Positions 37,701-49,721 of a stretch of 64,000 bases of DNA are shown piece after piece. Source of the stretch: Pelomyxa schiedti (lineage: Eukaryota > Protista > Evosea). The translations under genes were made by a program, and so were the position numbers. Location: contig JAHLWZ010000799.1 of the NCBI GenBank assembly GCA_020536535.1, positions 80,868 through 144,867 on the forward strand, given 5' to 3'. Each line of letters starts with the position of its first letter. Position 1 is the stretch's first letter. The notes beneath the pieces were generated by a model. It worked only from the letters and a program-made list of their open reading frames with translations, was not told the origin of the DNA and ran no database searches.

Positions 37701-40700
37701 AAAAATTGGGCGTCGCACTTCAAGCTCGGCGAATGAGAAATACTGTTCATCAGGCTAGAGGATGACGATGGGGCTGCACATAAAGATTGCCTACTCATCA
37801 TCATAGCTCCTGGTGGTGGAGGTGGCGGACCTCCACCAAAACATGGCGGCGGTGGGGGCGGAGCACCACAGCCAGGTGGTGGGGGCGGCGGCGGCGGCGG
37901 CCCACCGGCGCACAAATTCAGTAGTTGTTCTGCTTCTTCTTCACATTCTTCCGCGTAGCTATCATCGAAGTCGTCCTCCTCTGCTGGAGGAGGTGGGGGA
38001 GGGGGCGGTGGTGGCCGAGCTGCTGTGGAATTGCTTTGGGCAAGCGTTGCCTTGATTGTGTCTGGGTCGAGGCCACCACAAGAAAGTGTGTTCTTGAACA
38101 AGATTGGATCGTCTAACTCGGAGATGTTAATTCCACTCTTGGAGGCTGTTGCCTTCAAGTCATTGACGTGCTGCACGATTGTTGATGTAGGACCCGACCA
38201 AGGCCAAGCTCCAAGGCGTTTCATACGGTAATACAAAAGTATGCGTTCGAAAATATTGAGGGACTCGAATCGGGAAGGTATAAGGTATCCCATGAGTGCC
38301 TTGATGGATAACGCCGCTGCAGCTCTTGCGTACACATCTGCAGATGGATCGGATTCCCAAGAGGCTATGAGCCAATGATCTAACAGCTGTTTCTCCAGCT
38401 TCTGTGCAATGTGAGGGCGTACTGCAGTTCTGAAAAATTCATTGTCTTTGCAGTAAATAAAGAAGTTCAACTCGTGGGATGCGTATTGTGAATAGAGAGT
38501 TTTCTTCTCGGAATCAGAAAGTAATCCCCATCTTGTGACAAACTCAAATGACTGCAACTGAGATGACGCATTGAGAGCAGTAAACAGAGCATGAACTTTG
38601 GAAAGTGAGTCATAAAGACCAAGAGTGGCATTAGTTATGTCTGAAACAACTAGGTATGACCCTGGGAGCATAGAGTTTGTGGCTCGCCTTTCTACCATAT
38701 GGGAAGATGGGGGAAGGGCAGCAAGAGGCAATAAACGCAAATCGCGGAAAGGGAAACTGCGCGGAATGAGAGCCTGAGTGAAGGCCTCTTGCTCACGCAG
38801 TTTTGCAAGGTTTTCCTCCCTTGTTTCTGCGATCTTGGCTGGCAGAGGAAGACGAGGTATAGGAAGGAAACGGCAGTGTACATTTAAGCCATCTACAGCA
38901 TACACTTGTACAAAGCCTCCTGTGCCCAGAACACTGCGGGGAATTGCGATACTGAGAGATTTTCCACTTGGACGAAGGTTTGAAAGTACAGTTGAACTTT
39001 CCCATAAGAAATCCACAGAAGACCTATCATCAACAGTGCGCAAAACGCGATCTTCACGAGAGCCCATCTTAGCATCACGACGAGCTCCTGAGGACTGAGA
39101 TGCAAAAGTAGTTCCGTCTTTGGCTGACTGTGTAGCTGTATCTGTGGCAGAAAGGGCCCATGGGTTGATCAGAAGTGTTGGTTGCCTGTTCATGTTGCCC
39201 AGCCTCCTTGACGCTAGCTTTCGGTCTAAGACATACCTATACTCCTCACCAAGTATTCTTCCATCAAGGTACTGTGACGCCCGGTTGGTCATTGTGATGA
39301 CTGAAAGTTCAGGCACAGATGTAACATTTAGAGCGTCGAAAGCCGAGTACAGAGGCAATAATTGCGTGCATAGAACATGAACGCGGGTATTTTTTGTCAG
39401 TGATGATAGTTGAACGTAAAGCCATTCACTATCTGCTGCTTCGGTATTGGTAACCCTAGGGGTACCCTCTGATGCTGTAGATACACAGGGGGCATTGCGC
39501 TCCCATGCTTCTATTGCTGGTGCAGGTACCTCCGACTTCCTTGCCATACCTGCTTTGACTACAAGTACTGGAATAGCTTGCTGTGTCTCAAGGAATCGTG
39601 TGCGCCCAAGGAGGCACTGTGGTTGAGTCACAGGTGCTACTTCCTCCTCACCTGTAGTACCAGGAGGAGTTGGAGGAATCTCTGTTACACGGATCTGGCA
39701 GTGGTGGTCCAACATTGGGTAATACAACTCATAATCACCAGGAGAGAGGTTCACGACTTGTAAAGTACTGCGTTGTGGGTCCACAACGAGACACTGAGAT
39801 ACATCAGCTAGATAACTGCCATCTCCAGCCATGGAAAAGAGAACAGCATTCTGCCTTGGAGGCTGATGCCGCCTATTTTCCACTGGGTCCATAGTAGGAT
39901 ACGGGCAAGCCAGAACCACACCATCAGTTCTTGCAGCCCCATGTAGTGCTTTAGGAAGAGAAATGAGTGGCTTGTTAAAGACTTGAAGATCCCATCTGGT
40001 ATTCGAGATTGAGCATTGAACACTTGTGATATAGTGAAGTTTCCCAAGGTGAATTTTTCCTTCTTGGTCTGTTGACATAGAGACTGAGTTGGTGGAGTTC
40101 TTGAAGTAGTGTTGGAAAGTGACCGTAACATTTTGGAATGGTTTGGGCTCGCCAGTTTTCCCAACAACCAGTAACTCAAAGTTTCCATCATCAGCAATGC
40201 GCAGGTGTGGATGTAATGGTACATTTGTGTTCTGGTTATCAGACTGATTGATGTTACAATTCCATTGCTGCTGCAAATTAATTTTGGCGCCGCTTCCACT
40301 ACTATGCTGAGTTACTTTCGCTTCCAGTTTGACAGTCAGTTGTCTTAAGTCATCAGGAACACGGAAGCTATAGGTAGACTCACGGTCATCAAACAACTCG
40401 AATGGCTTGACTGTTTTGACATTGTTGACTCCATCTTTGTCAACAGTTGTTGCAGTGAAAACAACATCTTCCAGAATGGTGAGAGGAACAGGTTGGCTGT
40501 TAAGATACAGTGCTGCGCGAACAATAACTTGTAAAGTTGCGTCCTTGATCAGCTGCTCCCTGTCTACAACAAAACCTGCAGCAAGACTATAGGACTCGGA
40601 ATTGTGTGCGAAATGATCGAGGCAAGCATAATCTCCTTTTTGTATGACAATTGCACGGTTTGAGTTAGGGGAGGTGGAAAACGGAATGATGATTTCCCCG

Positions 40701-43700
40701 GTTGGAACAGCAGGGCCTCCTCCTGGTTGAGGTGCCAAATCAGAGTATTCATTCCCATCAACATAGACTTTGCATCCAGTTACAACACGATTTTTCTCAT
40801 CAAGAATGGACAATGCTTGCCCGGCAACAGAAACACGCTCAATAAATCGGAATCCACCACGCCGTATAACGGCACGAGAACTTTTTCCTTGTGCAATGAA
40901 CTCTATCACATACACACCGCGTTGGGACCCAAGTTCAGGAAAAGCGAACTTTCGCTCCACCCGCTGGAGTGGAGAGACATCATCATATTTGTATTGAGTT
41001 TCGAAATTTGGTGCCAGTCCATCAAGATTAATATCAGTCGTTATTTCCTCTGTGCTTTGTTTATAGAACGCTTCTGTGTTGATCTCGAATACTTTTACAA
41101 GTAGTGATCGGACATTTTTAATAAACACAGAGAGGGAAATTGGTGTCTCTGGATCAGGGTAGTATTTTGGATTTGATGGCGCAAGCTCCAAATCCACTCT
41201 GTCCTGGAGTTGTTGCTGAATGTCACTGGGAAGGTGCGCTTGTACATCCGGTTTTTGTAGCATCTCAAACCAGACTGCAGGTTTACCTTGCCCACTCAGC
41301 AATCGCGTCGTTGCTAAAATACTTCGTAGCCACGAGTCTTCAAGAAACTCGTTAAATGCAGTGCCATCATTCTCTGAAGGGTTGATGGAATAGAACTTTT
41401 GAATATATGCCCGTAACATCTCTTCTGCATCGCTGGAAGGTGGGTCGAGATTGGGTATAGAGCAGGCTCCATCATCAAGCGAGGCATACTCCACTGAAGG
41501 GGTTTTATTTAACCTCGTTCGCCATTGAGAAGACTGGAGATGGGTGGTACTATCGCTTCGAGGAATAGCAATAAACTCACGGAAGCGTGCCCAATTAAGT
41601 TGATCTGCGCTCCTCTCGGCCTCAAGCCAGTGGTAAAGAATAAGTGCCTGAAGGCTTATGTACTGGACAGAGCATGGATCAGGTGCGCGCTTTTTGCAGT
41701 CTTTCACAAAATTGTATATTGCCTCGAAATAGGGTCGCTTCTGAGAGAAATCAAGAGTTGACCAACCGCCAAGATCCGCGTTGGGTAGTAATTTTCCGAG
41801 ATAGCAAGTCACAAAGTGCGATGAAGAGAAAAGGTACTGCCCATAGACACGGTGCGCCATGAAGTCTTGGAGGGTTTTCAGTGTGAACATTCTTTGGTAC
41901 GACTTCAGGGCTTGATGGACTGTGCGGCACCGAGTATTCTCGGCATTAATCTTGAAATCTTCTAGAGTTTGTCCGTGATAGTTCTTTTGGGCTACTACTG
42001 TCTCGTGGTGAGATATAGATTGAGCAATTTCCCGGAATCTGAAATCCAAGTAACTTTTTTTTTTTTCTGTTAGAAGACATAAGCAAAGAGTATGATTTAC
42101 CCAATCAGCACATTTAAGAACTCGGGCTGCCCGGGGTGTGTATAATGTGAGAGAGTATCACTGAGAAGGGACTTTTCAAGGTGACCAGAGATCATCCCTA
42201 TTTTCAACAAAGTCAAAGTTAAGGAACGTTAAACAATAAATTGGCTACCAAGCCACCAAGCTGTGGATGAGTTTTTGGCCAGGAAGCTCAATGATGGGTT
42301 ATGGTGAGAACTTGACTCCAACTCAGAGGCAAAACTTTTGGGAATTTCTCCATTAAAGAGGTTTGCTTCCGCGGCAATCAGTGATTGATCAAGTTTAGTG
42401 GTGTAGGATGGGGATGTGGGAATATAAGGGGAAGGCCTGGAAGGAGATTAGTTTCTCCTTATGAAAAAAAAAGGGGGTCAAACGATGGCCAAGTTAATCC
42501 TCTTTTTTCTTTTGGTGTCCACAGCGAGTCATTTTTAAACCTATATATTTTCTTTAGTGGTAAACAAAATCTAGTCGAGAAGACAGCACCATGACGAGAA
42601 GTGACTGTGCAACTTGGTAATTGGTCCATGTTTCTTCTTTCTCTCTGGTGGGTAATTCATGAAAGCAGCAATTTTTCCGAGAAAAATCATGGACTCTTCT
42701 CTGGACATCTAATACAGTTAAAAGGTGGGGAGGGTAGTGGAACAAACCATATTTGCGTCAAATCTTCCAAATCTGGCCCGCCACTGCAATTCGCGGTATC
42801 TTTCTCCTTTCCCAAATTGGGAAAAGCAAGTCATGAACTCCTTCCTGAAAAAAAAATAAGGAAGAACTCTCAAAGGATATTCCACAACCAACGAGGCCCT
42901 CCAGTACCCTTCGAAGTATGCAATAATTGCAGTCCAGTAAAAAAGAACCTAAAATACTTAACCGTGAAAAGAGAAACAACTAGACTCACAGCTGTTCACT
43001 TCCAGGTGTTGCCAAAGATAGGGCATCAGTTCTCGAAGGGGAAAGGGCAAACGTTCTTTTGGGTACACAAAAAAAAAAAAATTAGTTGCAGGAAAACCTC
43101 AACCTAGGAAAAAAGCATACTCTAGGAAACCATAAGGGGATCTTGATGGGTCAATCTCCTCAAATGCACCCGAAGTGGGAGGAATAAGTGGTGTAAAACT
43201 CTGAGCTCCATAAAGGGGAACAACAACTATTTTTTTTGGGGAGGAAGAAAAAAAAAATTCGTCAGTCACTGGAAAAGCTGATTTGGAAACTAAGCTTACC
43301 AACTGGAGGAGGAGTGGTGGAAGTCGACGTTACTTCCGGCTTTGCAGTTGGAATAGGAAGAACTTCCGCTTTTGCTTGATTGAAACATCCCTCACATACA
43401 TCATACTGGCAGGGATCGCAATGCCAAACCTACAGACCCATAAGTACAAATTTATGGCAATAACTGGTAGGTGAGAGTGTGTAGTAGTAGTATTATTAGG
43501 TGGCTTAGAATGGTAACGGGTGAAGAAAGGGGAAAAAAAAGAAAAAAAAAAAATTACCGGAATCTCCTTGCCGACTTTTTTACACAGGTCGCACTGCCAA
43601 CCGGCTTTATACTGCGGGATGACAAGTGACAACTCGTGCTCATGGGAGGGGTGTGTGCCCTTGGGCGTCTTCTTGTGCCTCGAGTGGTGGTGCCCATGCG

Positions 43701-43923
43701 ACGACCCCGTGCTCGTGCTGTTGTCGGCCGGAGGGGGCGTCGTAGTCGTCGTGGTTGTGCTGCTGCCGCCGCCGCCGGTGGTGGTGGTCGTTGTCGACGC
43801 CGCGGGGTCGTCGCGGTGGGGCTGCGGTGGCGTAGTGGGCTGCTCGGCGGCGGGCTTGGAGCTGCCCCCTTTGCCCTTGTCGTTGCCACCTTTGTCCTTC
43901 TTCTTGCCAAACACGTTGAGCAT
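34794..43923 (-). CDS. Giant (~2,700 aa) protein: N-terminal DC1/C1-like zinc finger plus conserved large uncharacterised domain (AbpF-like) with a polyproline insert
   Basis: ORFs 37652-42049 and 34794-37718 join via intron 37669-37718. Upstream exons give MLNVFGKKK...HPSHEHEL...WQCDLC...WHCDPCQYDVCEGC and GFLETFALSPSRTDALSLATPGSEQLFFF. Motifs LGEEYRYVLDRK, YQHLEYAPLINARAH and AYVKVY...FWKDLYTDLRGRADY. Confidence 0.75.
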
Positions 43924-44223
43924 TGTTGTGTGTGTCGGTTGAGGAGGAGGGTTTTTTTTGTGTGTGTGGTTCTTTTTTGTTTGGTTTGTTTGTTTGAATT
44001 TGGGTTTGGAGAATTGTTCGTTGAGCGGTTTTCGACTGCATTTGAAGAGTGCAACGTTTTCCAGCAATGGAAAACAAAAACCCCTCCATAGTGGTGTTCT
44101 TGGTCGAAAGTAAGTGGTACCAATTGGCACTAGGACCAAGCAAACAAGATTGGCCAAGGTGGTAGCGGTCCAAATTTCGCTTCGGATCTCTGCGGTTTGA
44201 GAAGCGAAAAAAACTCCGTGGCG

Positions 44224-45995
44224 ATGGGTAAGGCGTCGTTGGTGTCGCCGGATCTGTGGGGGATGTATTCGAGAAAACTGGTGCAACGTGGGTATACACT
44301 TGAGCGTTAGATCTGCGGCTGTGTGGTAGCGACTTACGTGGTCTTCGTTTTTCTCTCTGGCAGGTTTGTTGCACCCGACTCGATGCGGAGACATCGAATT
44401 TCCACCAACCGCAGTTGGATCTGATTCTGTTGTTGTTACTCACGCAACCAACCCTGACGCCTTTATGGTCGTACGCGCGTCTGTGGGTGGAAAATCTTGC
44501 GGCGACGAAATTGCTTTGTCACTTCTTATTGACCGTTCCAACCACCGCATATTGGATTCGAAATTCCGAAGCTTTGGCTGCGGTTTCTCTATTATCTGCA
44601 TGGTGTAAATGTAACTCATTTAAGGGGTTGCTATTGCCGCCAGCGATATGATTGCGGAACTTTGTATTGGAAAGACTGTGGATGAAGCTCTCTTGGTTTG
44701 TTACCTTCATAAAACCCACCTACATGCTTAATTACACGTACTTTGGCAGATTACAAATCCATCAGTGGAAGCGGCACTAAGAGATACACCCGATACACCT
44801 TCCATGCCATCTAAGAGGCTACAATGTAGTGTTCTTGCCAGTTCAGTTATTCGCAATGCTGTTGCTCAATACAAAGGTTTGCAACTTTAAACATTGCTTG
44901 TATATAAAAGCCCATGCTAGGTATTTCTGTAAGTGACTTAGATGGAAGTTCGGATGTATGCCGATCGAATCCTTTTGGTGATGGCGAAGTAAATAAACCT
45001 TTCAAAAAAAAAAGTGTTTTCAAATGGACAAGCTCCGGACTTGTTGAACAAAACATTGATATCATTGTTGAAAAAGCACTTGAGATACATGTCAATGGAA
45101 AGGCGTAAGTAACCTAAATCCTACAAAGGAAGATTGAGCATCCTTCAGATACTCAGTGACTATGCGCACTCCCCCAAAAGAAATGCGACCCAGGGATGAT
45201 GACCACGCACTTGTTGCTGGGTTTTGTTTCAGTGATGGAGTATTTTCCTCTTTCATCAAAGATGTTCGGTTTGCTATATCCAATTACTGTAGTACAGTTC
45301 TAATTCAAAAAAAACAAAAAAAGGAAGATTGCGCCATGCCAGTTCAAACCCCTGGGATCGAGGATGCTGGTAGAACTTAATGCTGACGCATCCAAGCTGT
45401 TTGCAGTTATGCAGACACGGAGTGCTTATAAGGCTGTAACTTCTTGCGGTCTTTGTGGGAAACATTCAGCTGATGTAACCCACTCCCGTATCAACTATCG
45501 TTACTTATTTCCCTCTCACAGGAAATTGAAGTACCATTGCAACATGTTCCCAATACTAAAGCCACAACCACATTCGAATCTATACAGAACATGCTCTCTC
45601 TCTTTGATGAAAGACAGAAAATGTACCAAATCACCCGCACGAGCCACGCAGCCGGATTGTTTGATCATCACGGCGCACTGGTCTCATTTGCGGAAGATGT
45701 TGGGAGACACAACGCTATGGACAAAGCTATTGGGCATATTTTACTTGCCGGTGGTGGACCTGGAGCTTCTGACGTGTGGAATGGTTGTGCTTTCTTAGCA
45801 CTTCTGTCATCACGCATTAGTTTTGAAATGATGCAGAAAGCCATTCGTGCCGGCATTCAAGTGGTGTGCGGCATTAGCGCCGCCACATCAGGAGCTGTTG
45901 CCCTTGCAGAGGAATACGGGGTTACCCTGGTAGGCTTCTTTGGCAGAAATGGCACTTTCGTGCTCTACACTCACCCCCACAGAATCGTTATGTGA
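44224..45995 (+). CDS. fdhD: NifU N-terminal (IscU-like) Fe-S scaffold domain fused to FdhD sulfurtransferase
   Basis: Spliced product MGKASLVSPDLWGMYSRKLVQRLLHP...KSCGD...SKFRSFGCGVAIAASDMIAELC...ITNPSVEAALRDTPDTP...LQCSVLA (epsilon-type NifU), then IVEKALEIHVNG..TMRTP..LVAGFCFSDG..TSCGLCG..HAAGLF..EDVGRHNAMDKAIG..SSRISFEMMQKA (FdhD). Confidence 0.9.
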
Positions 45996-46063
45996 ATAAT
46001 CTACTCTAAAATACTTTACCCCCTTTCTGTTCTTATCTCTTATCTGTATCGTTTGGCTTTTCG

Positions 46064-47849
46064 ATGGAACGGATACCGGACGCTGTTCTTGAGGCCATTG
46101 TGTGGTACTGTGTGTCGCCCCCACTGAAACCACTCAGCAACTCGGAAACTGCAACTACGACTGAGTCCCGGGACGGCTGCGGCTACGATTACACAGCCGT
46201 GGTGCAACCAACATCGCCGTGCGTGGCAGCCTCAGCAGCACTGAAGCTTACATATTATGGGACTGGCACGGGTGCTCCTGGCGCGGCTGTTGTTGATGTC
46301 CCCAGCGCCGTATTGATTTGGCAACTTGCAGAGCGAAGATTGCCATTGGTGAATTGTTGCCTGGTGTGCAAGAGATGGCGATCTGTGGTATGTATTGCTG
46401 TATTGATATTTAGATGCATGGATGTCAATGTGTCTGTTTTTTTTTTAGGATGTTGAGCGGGTGTTGACTGTGGGATATCACCACTAATTTTCTTAATGGC
46501 TTGTTTTGGGCTTGGCATGCAGGTGATTAGAATGTGTGCGGGTTCATTAATTGGGTTAATGAAGAGGATAGGCAGAGTATCACTGGCCAGGGACCCGCTT
46601 GCAACAAGTACTAGAAACTGCGGGTTCAACTCCGGCAGTGAAAAGGGCTCATTTCTTCATAATGTTTTGAAATCCATTGGCAGTAGCCCCGTCAATAGTG
46701 ACAACTACGGCCTTGAGTACATTGGAACCGGCGTTTCTGGGTGGGGTTGCTCTCTCAAGCCCTTGGCCAGGGACAATTATGAACACCTAAGCCAAGTAAG
46801 AGCCGTGAGATGGAGCAGTGACAGCACCAAATTTGCTTCCACTTCTTCAGAGGGGAAGCTTCTTGTCAGAGTGTGTAAGTATGAAACAGAAAGGCAATGT
46901 AACTAAATGAGAGCAAATGTTCAGAAATGGGGAAACCGTCGTATTTCGTTCCTCTCGACTGTACAGGTGGACGCGTATACTGATTGCTGCTGTTTCTCAC
47001 CAACAGGCAATTTGGTTGCATGGGCGTCATGCTGCAACAGTATTCAAGTCTAAAGCCTTGCTCTTTCTGACTGCAGTGTGTAGATACCTGGGGTTGCGCG
47101 GACATCACTAACAGAAAGCAACGCCCAATCATCAATAAGTTTGCTGTACATACAAGCTATGTGTCTTGCTTAAGGTTTATGGAGGAACACACTGTATTGT
47201 CTGCGTCAATTAATGGATTTTGCACGCTTACAGATATAACAACTGGGCTAAGCCTTGGAGCTCTCAGTCAAGAGGTAGAATTCGCAACCTTCTTGTTCTC
47301 TTGCCCTAACCCACAAAATGAACAGCAAGACATCTTCACACTGTGTGTGAGCCCCACTAATCGAGAAACATTTCTTATTGGCTCTACCATGGGGAAAGTG
47401 AGAATGTTTGATTGTCGGTGCCTTACATCGCCAACGATGACCTGGAATCTCTCTGCAACAGATGTGAATTCCCTAGAATTTTCTTCCTCCGGAATTATTG
47501 CCGCTGCTGGTTCTGGTGTGGGCTTCCTTCTTTCATCTTTATCAATAGACTAAGACCCAATACCTAAGATGAGGGCGCACGGGTATTTGACCTTCGGCAG
47601 AATTATTTGGCCAACACATTCACGCCATGGCAAGGAGTAAATTCGCTTTCATTCAGCTCCAGTGGGCACTTTCTCATCCTTGCGGCTCGCTCCAGTGTTC
47701 AGGCCTGGTCTGTACTGACCGGCAGGCGGGAGTGGGTTCACACCTGCCCAAACCACATCAGTAGTTTACAGGTGTCCCCTGACGGCAAATGGCTACTAAC
47801 AGGTGGCTGGGATTGTGTTGTGCGGTTGTATTCTGGAATGCGTGAATAG
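46064..47849 (+). CDS. F-box-like domain fused to a divergent G-protein beta-like WD40 propeller
   Basis: N-terminal IPDAVLEAIVWY...LVNCCLVCKRWRSV, then HLSQVRAVRWSSDS..ASTSSEGKLL, CCFSPTGNLVA, HTSYVSCLRFMEE, DIFTLCVSP, DVNSLEF..GSDE..RVFDLR, GVNSLSFSSSG and ISSLQVSPDG..LTGGWD, colinear with G-beta blades. Confidence 0.75.
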
Positions 47850-47958
47850 GTTCTTTTTTTGTTACATTTCAAACCAAACAAGAAAAATGGTGTTGTATAG
47901 AACTTTGTTTTAGGAACTTCTTTTAAAAAAACATGGTTGGTAGGCTTCATCTTTGTTC

Positions 47959-48640
47959 TCAGAACCTGAAGTAGGTGTTGTACATGGAGGCATATGGAGA
48001 GGTCATGAACCTAATAAAGGTGGAGAAAGTGAATCTTGCGGAACCAAGGAAAAGAAAAAGGAAGTACATTGGGTTCGATGCCCAGTTGAAGCCAGGCATG
48101 TAGTGGGGCTTCATCATGGTTTTCATTGGGTTGCGGACACGAGGCCAGCCAACAATGAACTGCATGACTCCAAGCTTGAACTCATCATAGGAAATACGCC
48201 CATCGCGATTGCGGTCAAGGTTGAAAAGAACCCATTGAGCAATCTGCACTCAGCGTTACCCGCAAAAAACAAAAACAAAAACTGGAGTGGCTAGAGGGCA
48301 GTTGGTAACTCACATAGAAATCTACGTGGTATCCAAACTTGTGCAAGACTTGCTGAATCTCTGATTTGTGTCAATGAAGTGAGAACGGAAAGGAAGGAAA
48401 ACCATAGGGGGTGATGATTCCATCAGCAACAACTTGCCACTGTGTAAAAGTTACATCTGAGACATGCAAAAAAAAAAAAAAAAAAAAAACAAGTACATAA
48501 AGGTTGTAGAGCTTCATTTCACGGCGTGGGGTCCAGATAGGCTTGAAGTACATATTGCCAGGCAACATCTGTCCGGGGTACATCGTGTTCCAAACAGGGT
48601 ATCCCTGATGTGGGAACGCAGGATAAGATGTCCACGGCAT
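47959..48640 (-). CDS. Small EF-hand protein with aromatic/Pro/Met-rich flanks
   Basis: DGIITPYEIQQVL (degenerate hand) and LDRNRDGRISYDEF (canonical hand); introns between the exons. Confidence 0.7.
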
Positions 48641-48977
48641 CGTGGCTCGTCCATACACTGTTTGAGGTGCCAGCCAGGTTAACCTCGGAGAAAACGCGAT
48701 AATGGGAGCAACATGCAACAAAACAACAATGACAACATCTGGTACATACTGCCGTAGGTTGGAGCCATGAGGGCGGGTGTCGCATAGAACGCCATCGGTT
48801 AAAAGCACAAAAAAACAAACTTGATTTTTTGCTGTTCTTTTTTTTTTTTTGTGTTGTGTGGGGTCTGTCCGAAGGGAAATTTGTGGTGCGTTAACGGCCG
48901 CCGTTTTGCAAGAAAGTGCATTTTTCTCGGCGCCACTGTGCAAGTGACATGATGTGATCTGATCACGATGTGTGGTG

Positions 48978-49517
48978 TCAAAGATAGTACTGCAACTGTT
49001 TGTGGTTGCGCCAAAACTTGACGTTGTCGTCGCTGGGGCAGGCAGACGACGATCGGTTGTTGTTGGTGCCGCTGCTTGTTGTCGACTCGTCGCGGTCGCC
49101 GAAGTGGGCGCTCTTGGAAGAGACAACTTGGGGCTGGAGCCACGCAAGGGTTATGTTGCTGTGGTTCTCGTGGTTGGTGTCGCACCTCATTAGATCTACA
49201 TGTTGTGGGGTAGTGTCCGCGAAGGGCTTGGCGGGAGCCATAGCCGTCGGAGTGGGCGCAGAGGCCGCGAAGAACAGGGCCGTGTTCTTGGGTGATTGCG
49301 GCTGCTTGTGCGTGACCCGAGATCTCTTGTGTGATGGCGAGACCGGGGCGTTCCAGCATTGTTGCGCGGTGCTCGAGCACGTCGTGGTAGTTGCGGTGTA
49401 TTCACAATCACGGGGCCGCTTTGTTCCTGCTAAGTTTTGTTCTTCCTCTCGCAGTTGTTGCTGCTCCCCCTGACGCCACTCCCACACCACTTCTCCTTCG
49501 ACAGCCCCGCGGCGCAT
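48978..49517 (-). CDS. Hypothetical low-complexity protein
   Basis: 179-aa ATG ORF with GC-rich coding-like composition. No motif recognised. Confidence 0.4.
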   Translation of the reverse strand: MRRGAVEGEVVWEWRQGEQQQLREEEQNLAGTKRPRDCEYTATTTTCSSTAQQCWNAPVSPSHKRSRVTHKQPQSPKNTALFFAASAPTPTAMAPAKPFADTTPQHVDLMRCDTNHENHSNITLAWLQPQVVSSKSAHFGDRDESTTSSGTNNNRSSSACPSDDNVKFWRNHKQLQYYL

Positions 49518-49721
49518 TACTTGGTTCTTTTAAGTAGTGAGATTTTAATTAAATGCAATTTATGATCACAATGTGGCGGGAAAATCACGCAAAGTGCACT
49601 GAGATCTTGGCAGGAGTGGCGGCATTTCATTGCGCCAAGTTCAAGAGAAAAAACAAGAGGTTCTACTGAATTCTAAGTTTCTATTTTTTTGTTTATTTTC
49701 CCGATTTTATGCGGTTGCAGC

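Noticed and set aside
37652-37718. Overlap of two giant ORFs suggesting a programmed frameshift
   Set aside because: A canonical 50-nt GT-AG intron (37669-37718) joins them in frame.
43330-44443. Long minus-strand ORFs overlapping the nifU-fdhD start
   Set aside because: Upstream read-through of the giant gene's first exon; the credible start is the ATG at 43923.
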